A stretch of DNA of 64,000 nucleotides, taken from contig OY771587.1 of assembly GCA_963674825.1 (NCBI GenBank), forward strand, positions 1,984,001-2,048,000. The letters run 5' to 3'. The DNA is from Candidatus Cloacimonadales bacterium (GTDB lineage: Bacteria; Cloacimonadota; Cloacimonadia; Cloacimonadales; JAIOQZ01). Under the pieces are notes generated by a model. The model was not told the origin of the DNA and searched no databases. It saw only the letters and a list, made by a program, of their open reading frames with translations. Of this stretch, positions 1 to 8,367 are shown one piece after another. The position numbers were made by a program, and so were the translations under genes. Each line of letters starts with the position of its first letter. The first letter of the stretch is position 1.

Positions 1-1
1 A

Positions 2-2323
2 CTTGTCTCAAAAGCTGACGACATGAATGGCGATATCTCTATTGAGAGCAACATGGCAATCACAAACAACGTGAATCTGGCTGACGGAGGCAGCATTTCG
101 GTGCAAGCGGGAGGAAAGCTGTTTTTAATCCCGGAAGACGATAACCTGGATTTCACTGCATCGATTACGCTCGAAGGAGCAAACTCATATTTCATGGTTC
201 AGGACGATGCGTCTCTGATCGTAAGAAGCAGAGCATCCCTGAGTGCGTATGACAGCAGTGCAATCGCGAATATTCAAGGTACGCTTATACTGGAGGATTT
301 CGCTGAGTTTACGCACTATTCAGGTGTTCTATACATGCAACAAAATACCAACATCGAGCTTTCTGGCCGTTCCATGCTCCATGTGACCAACAATGGCGTT
401 TTAAAGCTTGGTAATGGTGTCACCATCACCGGCGCAACGGCTAAAAACGATGCCGTCAATCTCCCCGGCGATCGCATCGTGATTGACGAAGGTGGAGATC
501 TGAAATCTGACAATGCCATATCATCGAATCATATCTGCAACATCACCGTTCATTCGTCAGACGAGCAATGGGAAGGAATCGCGTACGATTCTCCGACGCA
601 TTGGATGAAATTGTTTATAGACTGGGATGTGTCAGATGTTGATAAACTTCTATTTACAGGTAACAGCAATCCCAGCGCAAAAATCAAATTCCTGAATTGT
701 CATATTTCGGATTGTACTTACGGAATCAGAGCTCAAGAAATCACAGAGGTTTTTCTGGACGCTACGCGAATAGAAGGCTGTGAATATGGCTTGTTTGCAT
801 CCGGGATCGTTGATGTGACTCTGACCGTTTTTCAGGGGAATACAGACAATGCTGTCTTCGACGGAAATGTTTATGGAGTTGTGATTAAGGATGCGGATAA
901 TGGTGGAGGTACATATGGTTGTCCCGAAATAATCAACGCATATGACTTCATAAACAATACAGAAGCGGCGATTACATACACAAACAGCTTCATCAATATC
1001 ACGGGAGTTGATAATGAAAATATGAGTCTTTTTCAAAACAATAAAATAGGTATTGATGGTTCTATCGCGAATCCGTCATACGTATCTTTAATCGAGTATT
1101 GCAGATTCACAGGCAATACAAGTGATGCCCTATATTTGTCTGATCAATGTATCCGCATTGATAATAACAAAATATATGAAAATGGGCGAAACGGCTTGTG
1201 GGGGTATCAAGGATCCATGCAGGAGTTGAGCAGCAATCACATATACGACAATGGAGGAGCGGAAATTATCGGTTGCCGTGATTTTCTTGAAGGAATGAAA
1301 GATGGCAATAATACGGTAAGTGACGATGCCTATGTTTCCATTTTTCATTCGGATCCTCCGGATTACTGGGATGCTTCAGTAATGGACCAATATATCCTTG
1401 TAAAGACTGATCTTATAATGACACGCTCAGCCGATGTATCTGGTAATGATTTTCCGAACATTACTGATCCCGGATTTGAGGACAGGCTTTATCCTTCATA
1501 CTTCGCTTTCAATTTCGAGGAGGGGCAAATTAACGGTGTTGAGGAATTGTATGCGAGCGGTATTTCCGATTTCGAATCGGAGAATTATACGAGCGCAAAA
1601 TATACTCTGACGCTCTTGGTAACAGATTATCCAGAATCGAAAGAAGCGATTTCCGCTCTGATCTATTTCCTCTACATTACCGCTAAAACGGATCAGGATT
1701 ACGAGACCTTGCGCCAGGAACTGAACGCTTTGGTTTCGGAGGATTATCCAGACCTCTATAAAGAGAAAGAGTACGTCATCACGCAGTCGTATCTCTACGA
1801 GAAAAACTACACCGAAGTGATCGAACGGCTGGAAGAGACGATCGAATCACCCGACACAAAGATGGATAGCGTTGTCGCGGTTGCAACCGAGGGATATTGC
1901 TACGTACAGCTTGCTGAGAGTGGAGACCGTGCGTTGCCGCAACAATGTACGGTGAGAACAAAGACATTCGAGGAATATCTCGAATACATGAGAAACCTTC
2001 GGATGGTTTTGGATAGTGGAGCCAAAACTCAAGAAGCACCTGCTTTCAAGTTTTCGCTTGACGCCAACTATCCCAACCCCTTCAATCCAACTACGACGAT
2101 CTCGTTCTCGATCCCGAAGGACGACAAGGTCGAGCTGAAGGTCTATAACATCAAAGGACAGCTCGTAAAGACATTGGTGAATGACCACCTCGAAGCCGGA
2201 ATGCACAAGGCTGTCTGGAATGGCGATAACCAGCTTGGTAAGAGTGTATCGTCGGGCATCTACCTGTACCGCCTCGAATCCTGCGGGAAATCGAAGGCAC
2301 AGAAGATGCTGTTACTCAAGTAA
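2..2323 (+). CDS. Secreted beta-helix repeat protein with TPR-like region and FlgD-Ig/T9SS-A-like CTD (5' end outside window)
   Basis: Frame is open from position 2 to the first ATG at 23. Parallel beta-helix-like repeats (N..F..N...GI). Ends NYPNPFNPTTTISFSI...SGIYLYRL...KMLLLK. Confidence 0.85.
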   Translation, partial: LVSKADDMNGDISIESNMAITNNVNLADGGSISVQAGGKLFLIPEDDNLDFTASITLEGANSYFMVQDDASLIVRSRASLSAYDSSAIANIQGTLILEDFAEFTHYSGVLYMQQNTNIELSGRSMLHVTNNGVLKLGNGVTITGATAKNDAVNLPGDRIVIDEGGDLKSDNAISSNHICNITVHSSDEQWEGIAYDSPTHWMKLFIDWDVSDVDKLLFTGNSNPSAKIKFLNCHISDCTYGIRAQEITEVFLDATRIEGCEYGLFASGIVDVTLTVFQGNTDNAVFDGNVYGVVIKDADNGGGTYGCPEIINAYDFINNTEAAITYTNSFINITGVDNENMSLFQNNKIGIDGSIANPSYVSLIEYCRFTGNTSDALYLSDQCIRIDNNKIYENGRNGLWGYQGSMQELSSNHIYDNGGAEIIGCRDFLEGMKDGNNTVSDDAYVSIFHSDPPDYWDASVMDQYILVKTDLIMTRSADVSGNDFPNITDPGFEDRLYPSYFAFNFEEGQINGVEELYASGISDFESENYTSAKYTLTLLVTDYPESKEAISALIYFLYITAKTDQDYETLRQELNALVSEDYPDLYKEKEYVITQSYLYEKNYTEVIERLEETIESPDTKMDSVVAVATEGYCYVQLAESGDRALPQQCTVRTKTFEEYLEYMRNLRMVLDSGAKTQEAPAFKFSLDANYPNPFNPTTTISFSIPKDDKVELKVYNIKGQLVKTLVNDHLEAGMHKAVWNGDNQLGKSVSSGIYLYRLESCGKSKAQKMLLLK

Positions 2324-2331
2324 CATAACGC

Positions 2332-2398
2332 GTCATGCTGAGTAACTCGTGTGTCATCCTGAGCGTAGTCGAAGGATAACACGAGTTTATCAAAGCAT
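2332..2398. repeat. Nested REP-like palindromic element
   Basis: Inner GTCATCCTGAGCGTAGTCGAAGGAT (2353-2377) is flanked by inverted arms ACTCGTGT/ACACGAGT and ATGCT/AGCAT. Confidence 0.6.
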
Positions 2399-2421
2399 AG
2401 ACTACAATCTACCTCTCTCCT

Positions 2422-2458
2422 CCCTCTCCCGTTTACGGGAGAGGGCCGGGGTGAGGGC
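2422..2458. repeat. CCCTCTCCC-type extragenic palindrome
   Basis: CCCTCTCCCGT-TT-ACGGGAGAGGG perfect inverted repeat followed by CCGGGGTGAGGG. Confidence 0.6.
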
Positions 2459-2546
2459 TTTTTCGGCTTTCACAAAGTGAAAACGAAAACATGAGCGTTG
2501 TGAATTCGCACAATGAATTCATGTTAGCGGAATATGGAGACATTAA

Positions 2547-4646
2547 ATGAAACGAGCCCTGTTTTTCATCCTGCTCTCAATCACGCTCCTGTACGCTCTT
2601 GACATTGCTGAAGACACGACATGGGGTCCAGAGGATAACCCGTATATCTTCGATGAGAACGTCAATGTGCTCGAAGGCGCTACGTTAACCATTCTCCCAG
2701 GATGCGAAATCCTGATGAAAGCTATGCCCTCCGGAGCCAGCGGACTTTTCTATGTCACGGACAGCGGAGAAGCCCATGCGAAGATCTTTCATGTATATGG
2801 AAAAATCGTCGCGATCGGAACCGAAGACGAGCCGATCACATTCACCCGCAATCCAGATACGGAAGGCTTTGCCTGGGGCGGTATCTTTGTTGACGAAACG
2901 GCGGATACCCCGGTTTTCGAATACTGCGAACTAATGGGCGTGTATCGCAATGTGTTCACCGACGGATCAAAAACGGTTGGCGGTATTTGCGTACGTGGCT
3001 GCGATTTCCGGATCAAATACTGCACTTTCACGAACTGCAAAGCTGGCATCACGTATCAGAACCTGCCGTGCGATGTAATGATCTACGGCAACACATTCAC
3101 AAAGACGGAGCCGGGGCAATACGCCACCGATATTTACTATGATGCCATCAATGGCTACTCCGATTGGGAATATAGTTCATCCCCGCAAATCATTATTGCA
3201 AGAAATCGTCTTATCAATATCACGAGAAGCTATAACGAAATATATCATGGAGGTGGCGGGATAAAATTATGGATATTCAATTATCATTATAACTCTCCAG
3301 ATTCCGATGATAATTTCGAAGATGAAGCTAACAACGAGAGAAATCAGTCGATGACGTGTGTATATGGAGGAAAGTACATTATAAATGGCATAAGTGGAGG
3401 TGGAGGCGAAATCGATAATATGAGTTATTTCAGGAAAACATACGTATCATACCCACTGGAAGGCTTCCCGGGTGGTACCGTTAGCTCAGGCTTTCATGTC
3501 ATTTCAGATAATATCTTTTTTGGTAATGTCGCTATTGGTGATTATGCTGCCGATTCGACAGTTGTGTGTAATAATGTGGTGTGCAAGCCGAATAGCGATG
3601 ATGACGATGAATTTTATGAGCCAGAAAATCCTTTCACCATATTCAATAACCTGATTACTGGATATACAAGGCTATATCCAACATTTGCAGATGGCGTCAT
3701 ATATAATAACACACTGTTTTCAGATAACCCCTGCTGTCTTGCTTCTTGCCATTTTGACCTGCAAGCATATAATAACATATTCTGCGCAGCAGAAGAAATT
3801 ATGTCATCGGGTGGACCAGCAACAGTCCTGAGCTACAATTTCATGAACCACCCGTTACCTGATTATGTCACCGACGGCGGCGGCAACATCATTGGCGACG
3901 ACCCGATGTTCGCCGATACGCTGAACGGAGATTACAGCCTTGCGGAGGGCAGCCCATGCATCGATGCCGGTATGCCGGACGGGAATTACCCGCCCACGGA
4001 CATCCTGGGTAACGTCCGTGTATGGGATGGCGACGGCGACGGAACCGCAACCATCGATATCGGCGCATTCGAGTACGGCGCACCATTCTGGGGCGGCATC
4101 GAGGGGTATGTGTACGAAGAGGACGGCGAAACTCCGCTCGATATTGCCAAAATAACCGTCGATGGCGTGCAGTTCCCAGAGTGGAGCGACAGCACCGGCT
4201 GGTTCCGCATCCTGACCGGTCCCGGTACCTTCACCCTCAATGTGGAACGCATGTACTACGAGGGCCAGCAGGTCAGCGGCATCGTGGTGGAGCAGGGCGC
4301 GGCAACCTACCGCGAAATCACCATGCAAAGCCTCGCAGCGCACGACTACGACAACCTTATCCAGCAATACACCGTCACCATGGAACAGAATTCACCCAAC
4401 CCCTTCAATCCCACCACGACCATCTCGTTCTCGATCCCGAAGGACGATAAGGTCGAGTTGAAGGTGTACAACATCAAAGGGCAGTTGGTAAAAACGCTGG
4501 TCAACGACCACCTCAAAGCCGGATCGCACAAGGCTGTCTGGAATGGCGATAACCAATCCGGCAAGAACGTATCGTCGGGCATCTACCTGTACCGGCTGGA
4601 ATCGGGTGGAAGAGCTATCACAAGGAAGATGCTGCTGTTGAAATAG
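2547..4646 (+). CDS. Secreted beta-helix / choice-of-anchor-Q-like / carboxypeptidase-regulatory-like protein with FlgD-Ig CTD
   Basis: Signal peptide MKRALFFILLSITLLYA; DYSLAEGSPCIDAG...DIGAFEY motif; C-terminal NSPNPFNP...KMLLLK; RBS GGAG upstream. Confidence 0.85.
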   Translation: MKRALFFILLSITLLYALDIAEDTTWGPEDNPYIFDENVNVLEGATLTILPGCEILMKAMPSGASGLFYVTDSGEAHAKIFHVYGKIVAIGTEDEPITFTRNPDTEGFAWGGIFVDETADTPVFEYCELMGVYRNVFTDGSKTVGGICVRGCDFRIKYCTFTNCKAGITYQNLPCDVMIYGNTFTKTEPGQYATDIYYDAINGYSDWEYSSSPQIIIARNRLINITRSYNEIYHGGGGIKLWIFNYHYNSPDSDDNFEDEANNERNQSMTCVYGGKYIINGISGGGGEIDNMSYFRKTYVSYPLEGFPGGTVSSGFHVISDNIFFGNVAIGDYAADSTVVCNNVVCKPNSDDDDEFYEPENPFTIFNNLITGYTRLYPTFADGVIYNNTLFSDNPCCLASCHFDLQAYNNIFCAAEEIMSSGGPATVLSYNFMNHPLPDYVTDGGGNIIGDDPMFADTLNGDYSLAEGSPCIDAGMPDGNYPPTDILGNVRVWDGDGDGTATIDIGAFEYGAPFWGGIEGYVYEEDGETPLDIAKITVDGVQFPEWSDSTGWFRILTGPGTFTLNVERMYYEGQQVSGIVVEQGAATYREITMQSLAAHDYDNLIQQYTVTMEQNSPNPFNPTTTISFSIPKDDKVELKVYNIKGQLVKTLVNDHLKAGSHKAVWNGDNQSGKNVSSGIYLYRLESGGRAITRKMLLLK

Positions 4647-4784
4647 TGACAAATTATAGTAACCCATCATTCCCGGCATGCCAGACATCACATAGTTATC
4701 CATTCGTAACATAAAATTGAATTGACAGATATTACTCACAACCTGAACTGAACCATTCCTAATCGTTCTTCTGGGAGATAACAC

Positions 4785-7076
4785 ATGGAAGCTTTAGGCT
4801 GCTTATTTGTTTTAGCTATTATTTTTCTGATAATAAAAGCTTTTATCGGCAAGAAAGATAATAAGCATATTCGTCAACAGCAACAGCAGGACGATACTCC
4901 CATTCACTGGCTTGTCGAGTCAATTCAGAATGTAGAGTCTGAACGTATGCGATACGAATCCAACTCATTTCGCATTACCGATTGCTGGATACCTGCAGGC
5001 TTGGAATGTACGGTCGGCGCTTACACAATACCGGGTGGAATGATTTATGTGGGCAAAGCACCTAATAATACCGGAAACAATCCTATATATCCTGCCCTTA
5101 TCGATCCTCGATTAGCAATTAATGAACAACGCCCAGATAAACAAGGATCAACTTTATCATATTATCCAAGTTATTCATCGATCTCTCCTCAAGCTAGAGC
5201 AGCTTATCTCGAGTGGTTAGTAAAAGGCAGGCAAGATCCTGATACTCCAATTGGATACGTATTTCTCTTCTTTTACGGACTTGAAAGAAGACTGTTGGTT
5301 GATCTCAAGGATAAGCACCAACATCAAGAAAAAGATGCTATACTGAATGAAGTGTTACGTCTGTTATCGATCTACCATGATAATTGGTCGTTTCGGAATT
5401 ATGCCCATGACTTTCTCGTATATGTACTTACAAAGCTTGAGAGATGGAATGATATTATTGATCTATACAAAGATTTTAGGGTAAGAGGTCTTAATGAAAT
5501 ACCTGTATCATTTCGTATCGGTATAGCGCAATATATTAGTAGTGAACAACCTATTCCTGCCGAATGGGCTCTAGAATGGGTAAGATTAGAGCCATTCTCA
5601 AATTTGCGCACTCCTGCTCAGCGCTGTTATTGTGAACTGCAAAAGCTGTTTGCTTTTCGATATTATAAGATGTACGATAAGGGAGTAAGCATCAGTCCCA
5701 ATAAAACTTTTATAAAAGTGAAATATCATCCTGCGAGTCAAGCCCTGTATTCAAGGAGCTATTCCAGACAAACCACATTTCCAGATATCGGAAAACTCAC
5801 ACAACCGATATCTAAATTCCGTCCCATCGTTGAGGGGTGTATCGACGAGCTGGATGCTTACAGCCGCTATCTCGGGCGTCATCCGGATGATAGGGAAAGC
5901 CTTCCGGCGATGGCGTTACTCCCAAAATCACTACTCACACTGTCGGATAATTCCAGGCTTGTTACAACGAAGGTACTACTACAGAGCATCATCACGGATG
6001 AAGGAACAGGCTTTATTACTTTGAAAGATATCCTGAACATTTGGGATATCCTCACGGAAAAGCGTATCGCCAAGAAAGACCTCACGTCCATCGCACTATT
6101 GTTGGAAGGCTTGGGATTCGGGATAGAACCCGATCCAAGATTTTCGGGAACAAGCATGAATCCGGAGGATCCGGTGATCGTGTTTCTCTGGCGCGAGGGC
6201 GTTCCGAGTTCTCCCGGTTCGGAATACGCCGAATCGTTGTTGAGGTTGCAGATCAGTGCCATGATATGTCTTGCTGATCAGGTCGTTTCTGCTTCAGAGC
6301 AACAGCACCTTCAACAACTGATAAATGGTTTCAGCAATCTGACCGAAGGAGAGAAAAGGCGTTTGGGTGCTCATCTGAAATGGTTTGTCAAAGCATGCCC
6401 AAGCCGAACCGATTTATTTAAAAAACTGGAGAAGTTGCCGGAAAACCAAAAGTATCTTGTCGCTGATTTCCTCCTCGAAGTTGCACGTGTCGATGGCAAC
6501 ATCGATCCTGAAGAAGTAAAACTGCTATCGAAACTCTATTCCAAAATGGGACTCTCCGAAGAAGAACTTCATACATCCATCCACCAATCTTTTACGCGCC
6601 ATCGTGAGCCGACAGAACCTGTAACAATCAAGGATGCCGATCCAACGGAAGAGTCGTATGCAATTCCTGAAGAAGCACAGAAGGAACGGGGCGTAACGCT
6701 TGATCTTGATGCTATTCAACGGAAAAAGAAAGAAACGGCGGCCGTGACCAACCTTCTTCACAACATATTCACGGAAGATGAACCAGAATCGGTACCGACT
6801 GCACCCATCCATTCGATGAACGACAGCACCATAAGGGGACTGAGTCCCGAGATGTCTGATTTCCTGCGGGCATTGGGGAAAAAATCGGTATGGTCTCGAC
6901 AGGACATCGAAGAGCTGGCACAACGATGCGGTTTGATGCCTGATGGAACAATCGAAGATATCAATGATCTTGCCTATGATATTGCGGATGAACCGCTCTT
7001 GGAGGAAGATGAGGATATGATCATCAATCAAGAAATATACAAGGAGCTAATGCGTGGAGAAAACAGCGAAGATTAA
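4785..7076 (+). CDS. sngA: Shango SngA-like TerB-N/TerB/TerB-C protein
   Basis: N-terminal TM helix; TerB-N motifs YYPSYSSISPQARAAYLEWL and GYVFLFFYGLERR; TerB-like ADQVVSASE and DGNIDPEEVKLL; TerB-C-like GLMPDGTIEDIND; first gene of a three-gene overlapping operon. Confidence 0.8.
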   Translation: MEALGCLFVLAIIFLIIKAFIGKKDNKHIRQQQQQDDTPIHWLVESIQNVESERMRYESNSFRITDCWIPAGLECTVGAYTIPGGMIYVGKAPNNTGNNPIYPALIDPRLAINEQRPDKQGSTLSYYPSYSSISPQARAAYLEWLVKGRQDPDTPIGYVFLFFYGLERRLLVDLKDKHQHQEKDAILNEVLRLLSIYHDNWSFRNYAHDFLVYVLTKLERWNDIIDLYKDFRVRGLNEIPVSFRIGIAQYISSEQPIPAEWALEWVRLEPFSNLRTPAQRCYCELQKLFAFRYYKMYDKGVSISPNKTFIKVKYHPASQALYSRSYSRQTTFPDIGKLTQPISKFRPIVEGCIDELDAYSRYLGRHPDDRESLPAMALLPKSLLTLSDNSRLVTTKVLLQSIITDEGTGFITLKDILNIWDILTEKRIAKKDLTSIALLLEGLGFGIEPDPRFSGTSMNPEDPVIVFLWREGVPSSPGSEYAESLLRLQISAMICLADQVVSASEQQHLQQLINGFSNLTEGEKRRLGAHLKWFVKACPSRTDLFKKLEKLPENQKYLVADFLLEVARVDGNIDPEEVKLLSKLYSKMGLSEEELHTSIHQSFTRHREPTEPVTIKDADPTEESYAIPEEAQKERGVTLDLDAIQRKKKETAAVTNLLHNIFTEDEPESVPTAPIHSMNDSTIRGLSPEMSDFLRALGKKSVWSRQDIEELAQRCGLMPDGTIEDINDLAYDIADEPLLEEDEDMIINQEIYKELMRGENSED

Positions 7077-8367
7077 GACGAAAGAACGGGATACAATTAT
7101 CCAGGCGCTACGTGCGGGTGTTGTGCCGAGAATCGGACAACAGCATATTCAGGTCGGACGACTACGCGAAGTCGAAACACTCAATCGTGATATCGATCTG
7201 ATTATCGATGGCGGAGCTTCGCTTCGCTTCATCATCGGCGATTATGGCGCAGGAAAGACATTTTTCCTCTTCCTGATTCGTTCGATTGCATTGCAGAAGA
7301 AACTCGTTACGATTCACGCTGATCTGACGCCCGACAGACGCCTGCAAGCATCGGGAGGACAAGCACGAAACCTGTATTCGGAGCTGGTTAAAAACATGTC
7401 CACCCGGTCAAAGCCGGATGGGAATGCACTTCACTCTGTGGTTGAGCGTTTCATCTCCGAAGCCATGAACGAGGCAAGGAAGACAGGCAGCGATGTCGAT
7501 GCGATTATCCATGAGAAAATGCAAAGCCTGAAAGAGATGATCGGCGGTTACGATTTTGCCGAGGTCTTGGTTCAATACTGGAAGGGATACGATAGTGGAA
7601 ACGATCGACTCATGAGCGATGCGATCCGTTGGCTTCGGGGTGAATTCACGACCCGCACTGATGCGAGAATAGCATTAGGCGTACGCTCGATCGTTGACGA
7701 CGCTCAATTCTACGATCAACTGAAATTGATGGCGCGCTTCGTCCGCTTGGCTGGTTATAGTGGCTTGCTGGTCAATCTCGACGAGATGGTCAATCTATAC
7801 AAGATCAGCAATTCGCGATCCCGAGATGCCAATTACGAACAAATTCTGCGAATCCTCAACGATTGCCTTCAGGGAACGGCGGAAGGACTCGGATACCTGT
7901 TTGGTGGAACGCCTGAATTTGTTACGGATTACAGAAGGGGATTGTATAGCTATGAAGCGCTTCAATCACGACTGAGAGAAAACACGTTTGCCGCAGACGG
8001 GCTGGAGGATATGTCCGGTCCTGTCATTCGTCTGTCCAGTCTTTCGCCTGAGGATATGTACGTCTTGCTGAGTAACCTGCTGGAAGTCTATCGCTCGGAT
8101 ACGAAAGTCATTCTCGATTTTCCGGAACAAGCGATCCCCTCCTTTCTCGAACATTGCTTCGGGAAAATCGGGGAAAGCTATTTCCGTACTCCACGCAGCA
8201 CAATCAGACCATTTCTCGACCTCCTTGCCATGTTGGAGCAACATCCGGAAATTCCATGGAATGTTCACCTGGGCAGTTGCAGAATTGAGGAAGATCAGAC
8301 TCCAGAATTAGCCAAAATCGACGAACCCGATGAAGATGAGGATTCGCTTGTCACCTTCAAGATCTGA
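7054..8367 (+). CDS. sngB: Shango SngB-like P-loop ATPase (DUF2791/BrxD-like)
   Basis: IIQALRAGVVPRIG N-terminus, Walker A GDYGAGKT, Walker B LVNLDE, RRGLYSYEALQSRL; GTG start overlapping sngA. Confidence 0.82.
   Translation: MEKTAKIKTKERDTIIQALRAGVVPRIGQQHIQVGRLREVETLNRDIDLIIDGGASLRFIIGDYGAGKTFFLFLIRSIALQKKLVTIHADLTPDRRLQASGGQARNLYSELVKNMSTRSKPDGNALHSVVERFISEAMNEARKTGSDVDAIIHEKMQSLKEMIGGYDFAEVLVQYWKGYDSGNDRLMSDAIRWLRGEFTTRTDARIALGVRSIVDDAQFYDQLKLMARFVRLAGYSGLLVNLDEMVNLYKISNSRSRDANYEQILRILNDCLQGTAEGLGYLFGGTPEFVTDYRRGLYSYEALQSRLRENTFAADGLEDMSGPVIRLSSLSPEDMYVLLSNLLEVYRSDTKVILDFPEQAIPSFLEHCFGKIGESYFRTPRSTIRPFLDLLAMLEQHPEIPWNVHLGSCRIEEDQTPELAKIDEPDEDEDSLVTFKI

Noticed and set aside
2311..2324. 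HAIR half-site ACTCAAG for the HspR-like regulator
   Set aside because: No CTTGAGT partner at N7 spacing, and it lies in a gene 3' end.
2072..4603. Diversity-generating retroelement TR/VR pair
   Set aside because: Mismatches are mostly synonymous and not adenine-specific, both copies are coding, and there is no reverse transcriptase in the window.
7054..8367. BREX system (BrxD-like ATPase)
   Set aside because: No pglZ, pglX or brxC nearby; the TerB and helicase neighbours fit Shango instead.
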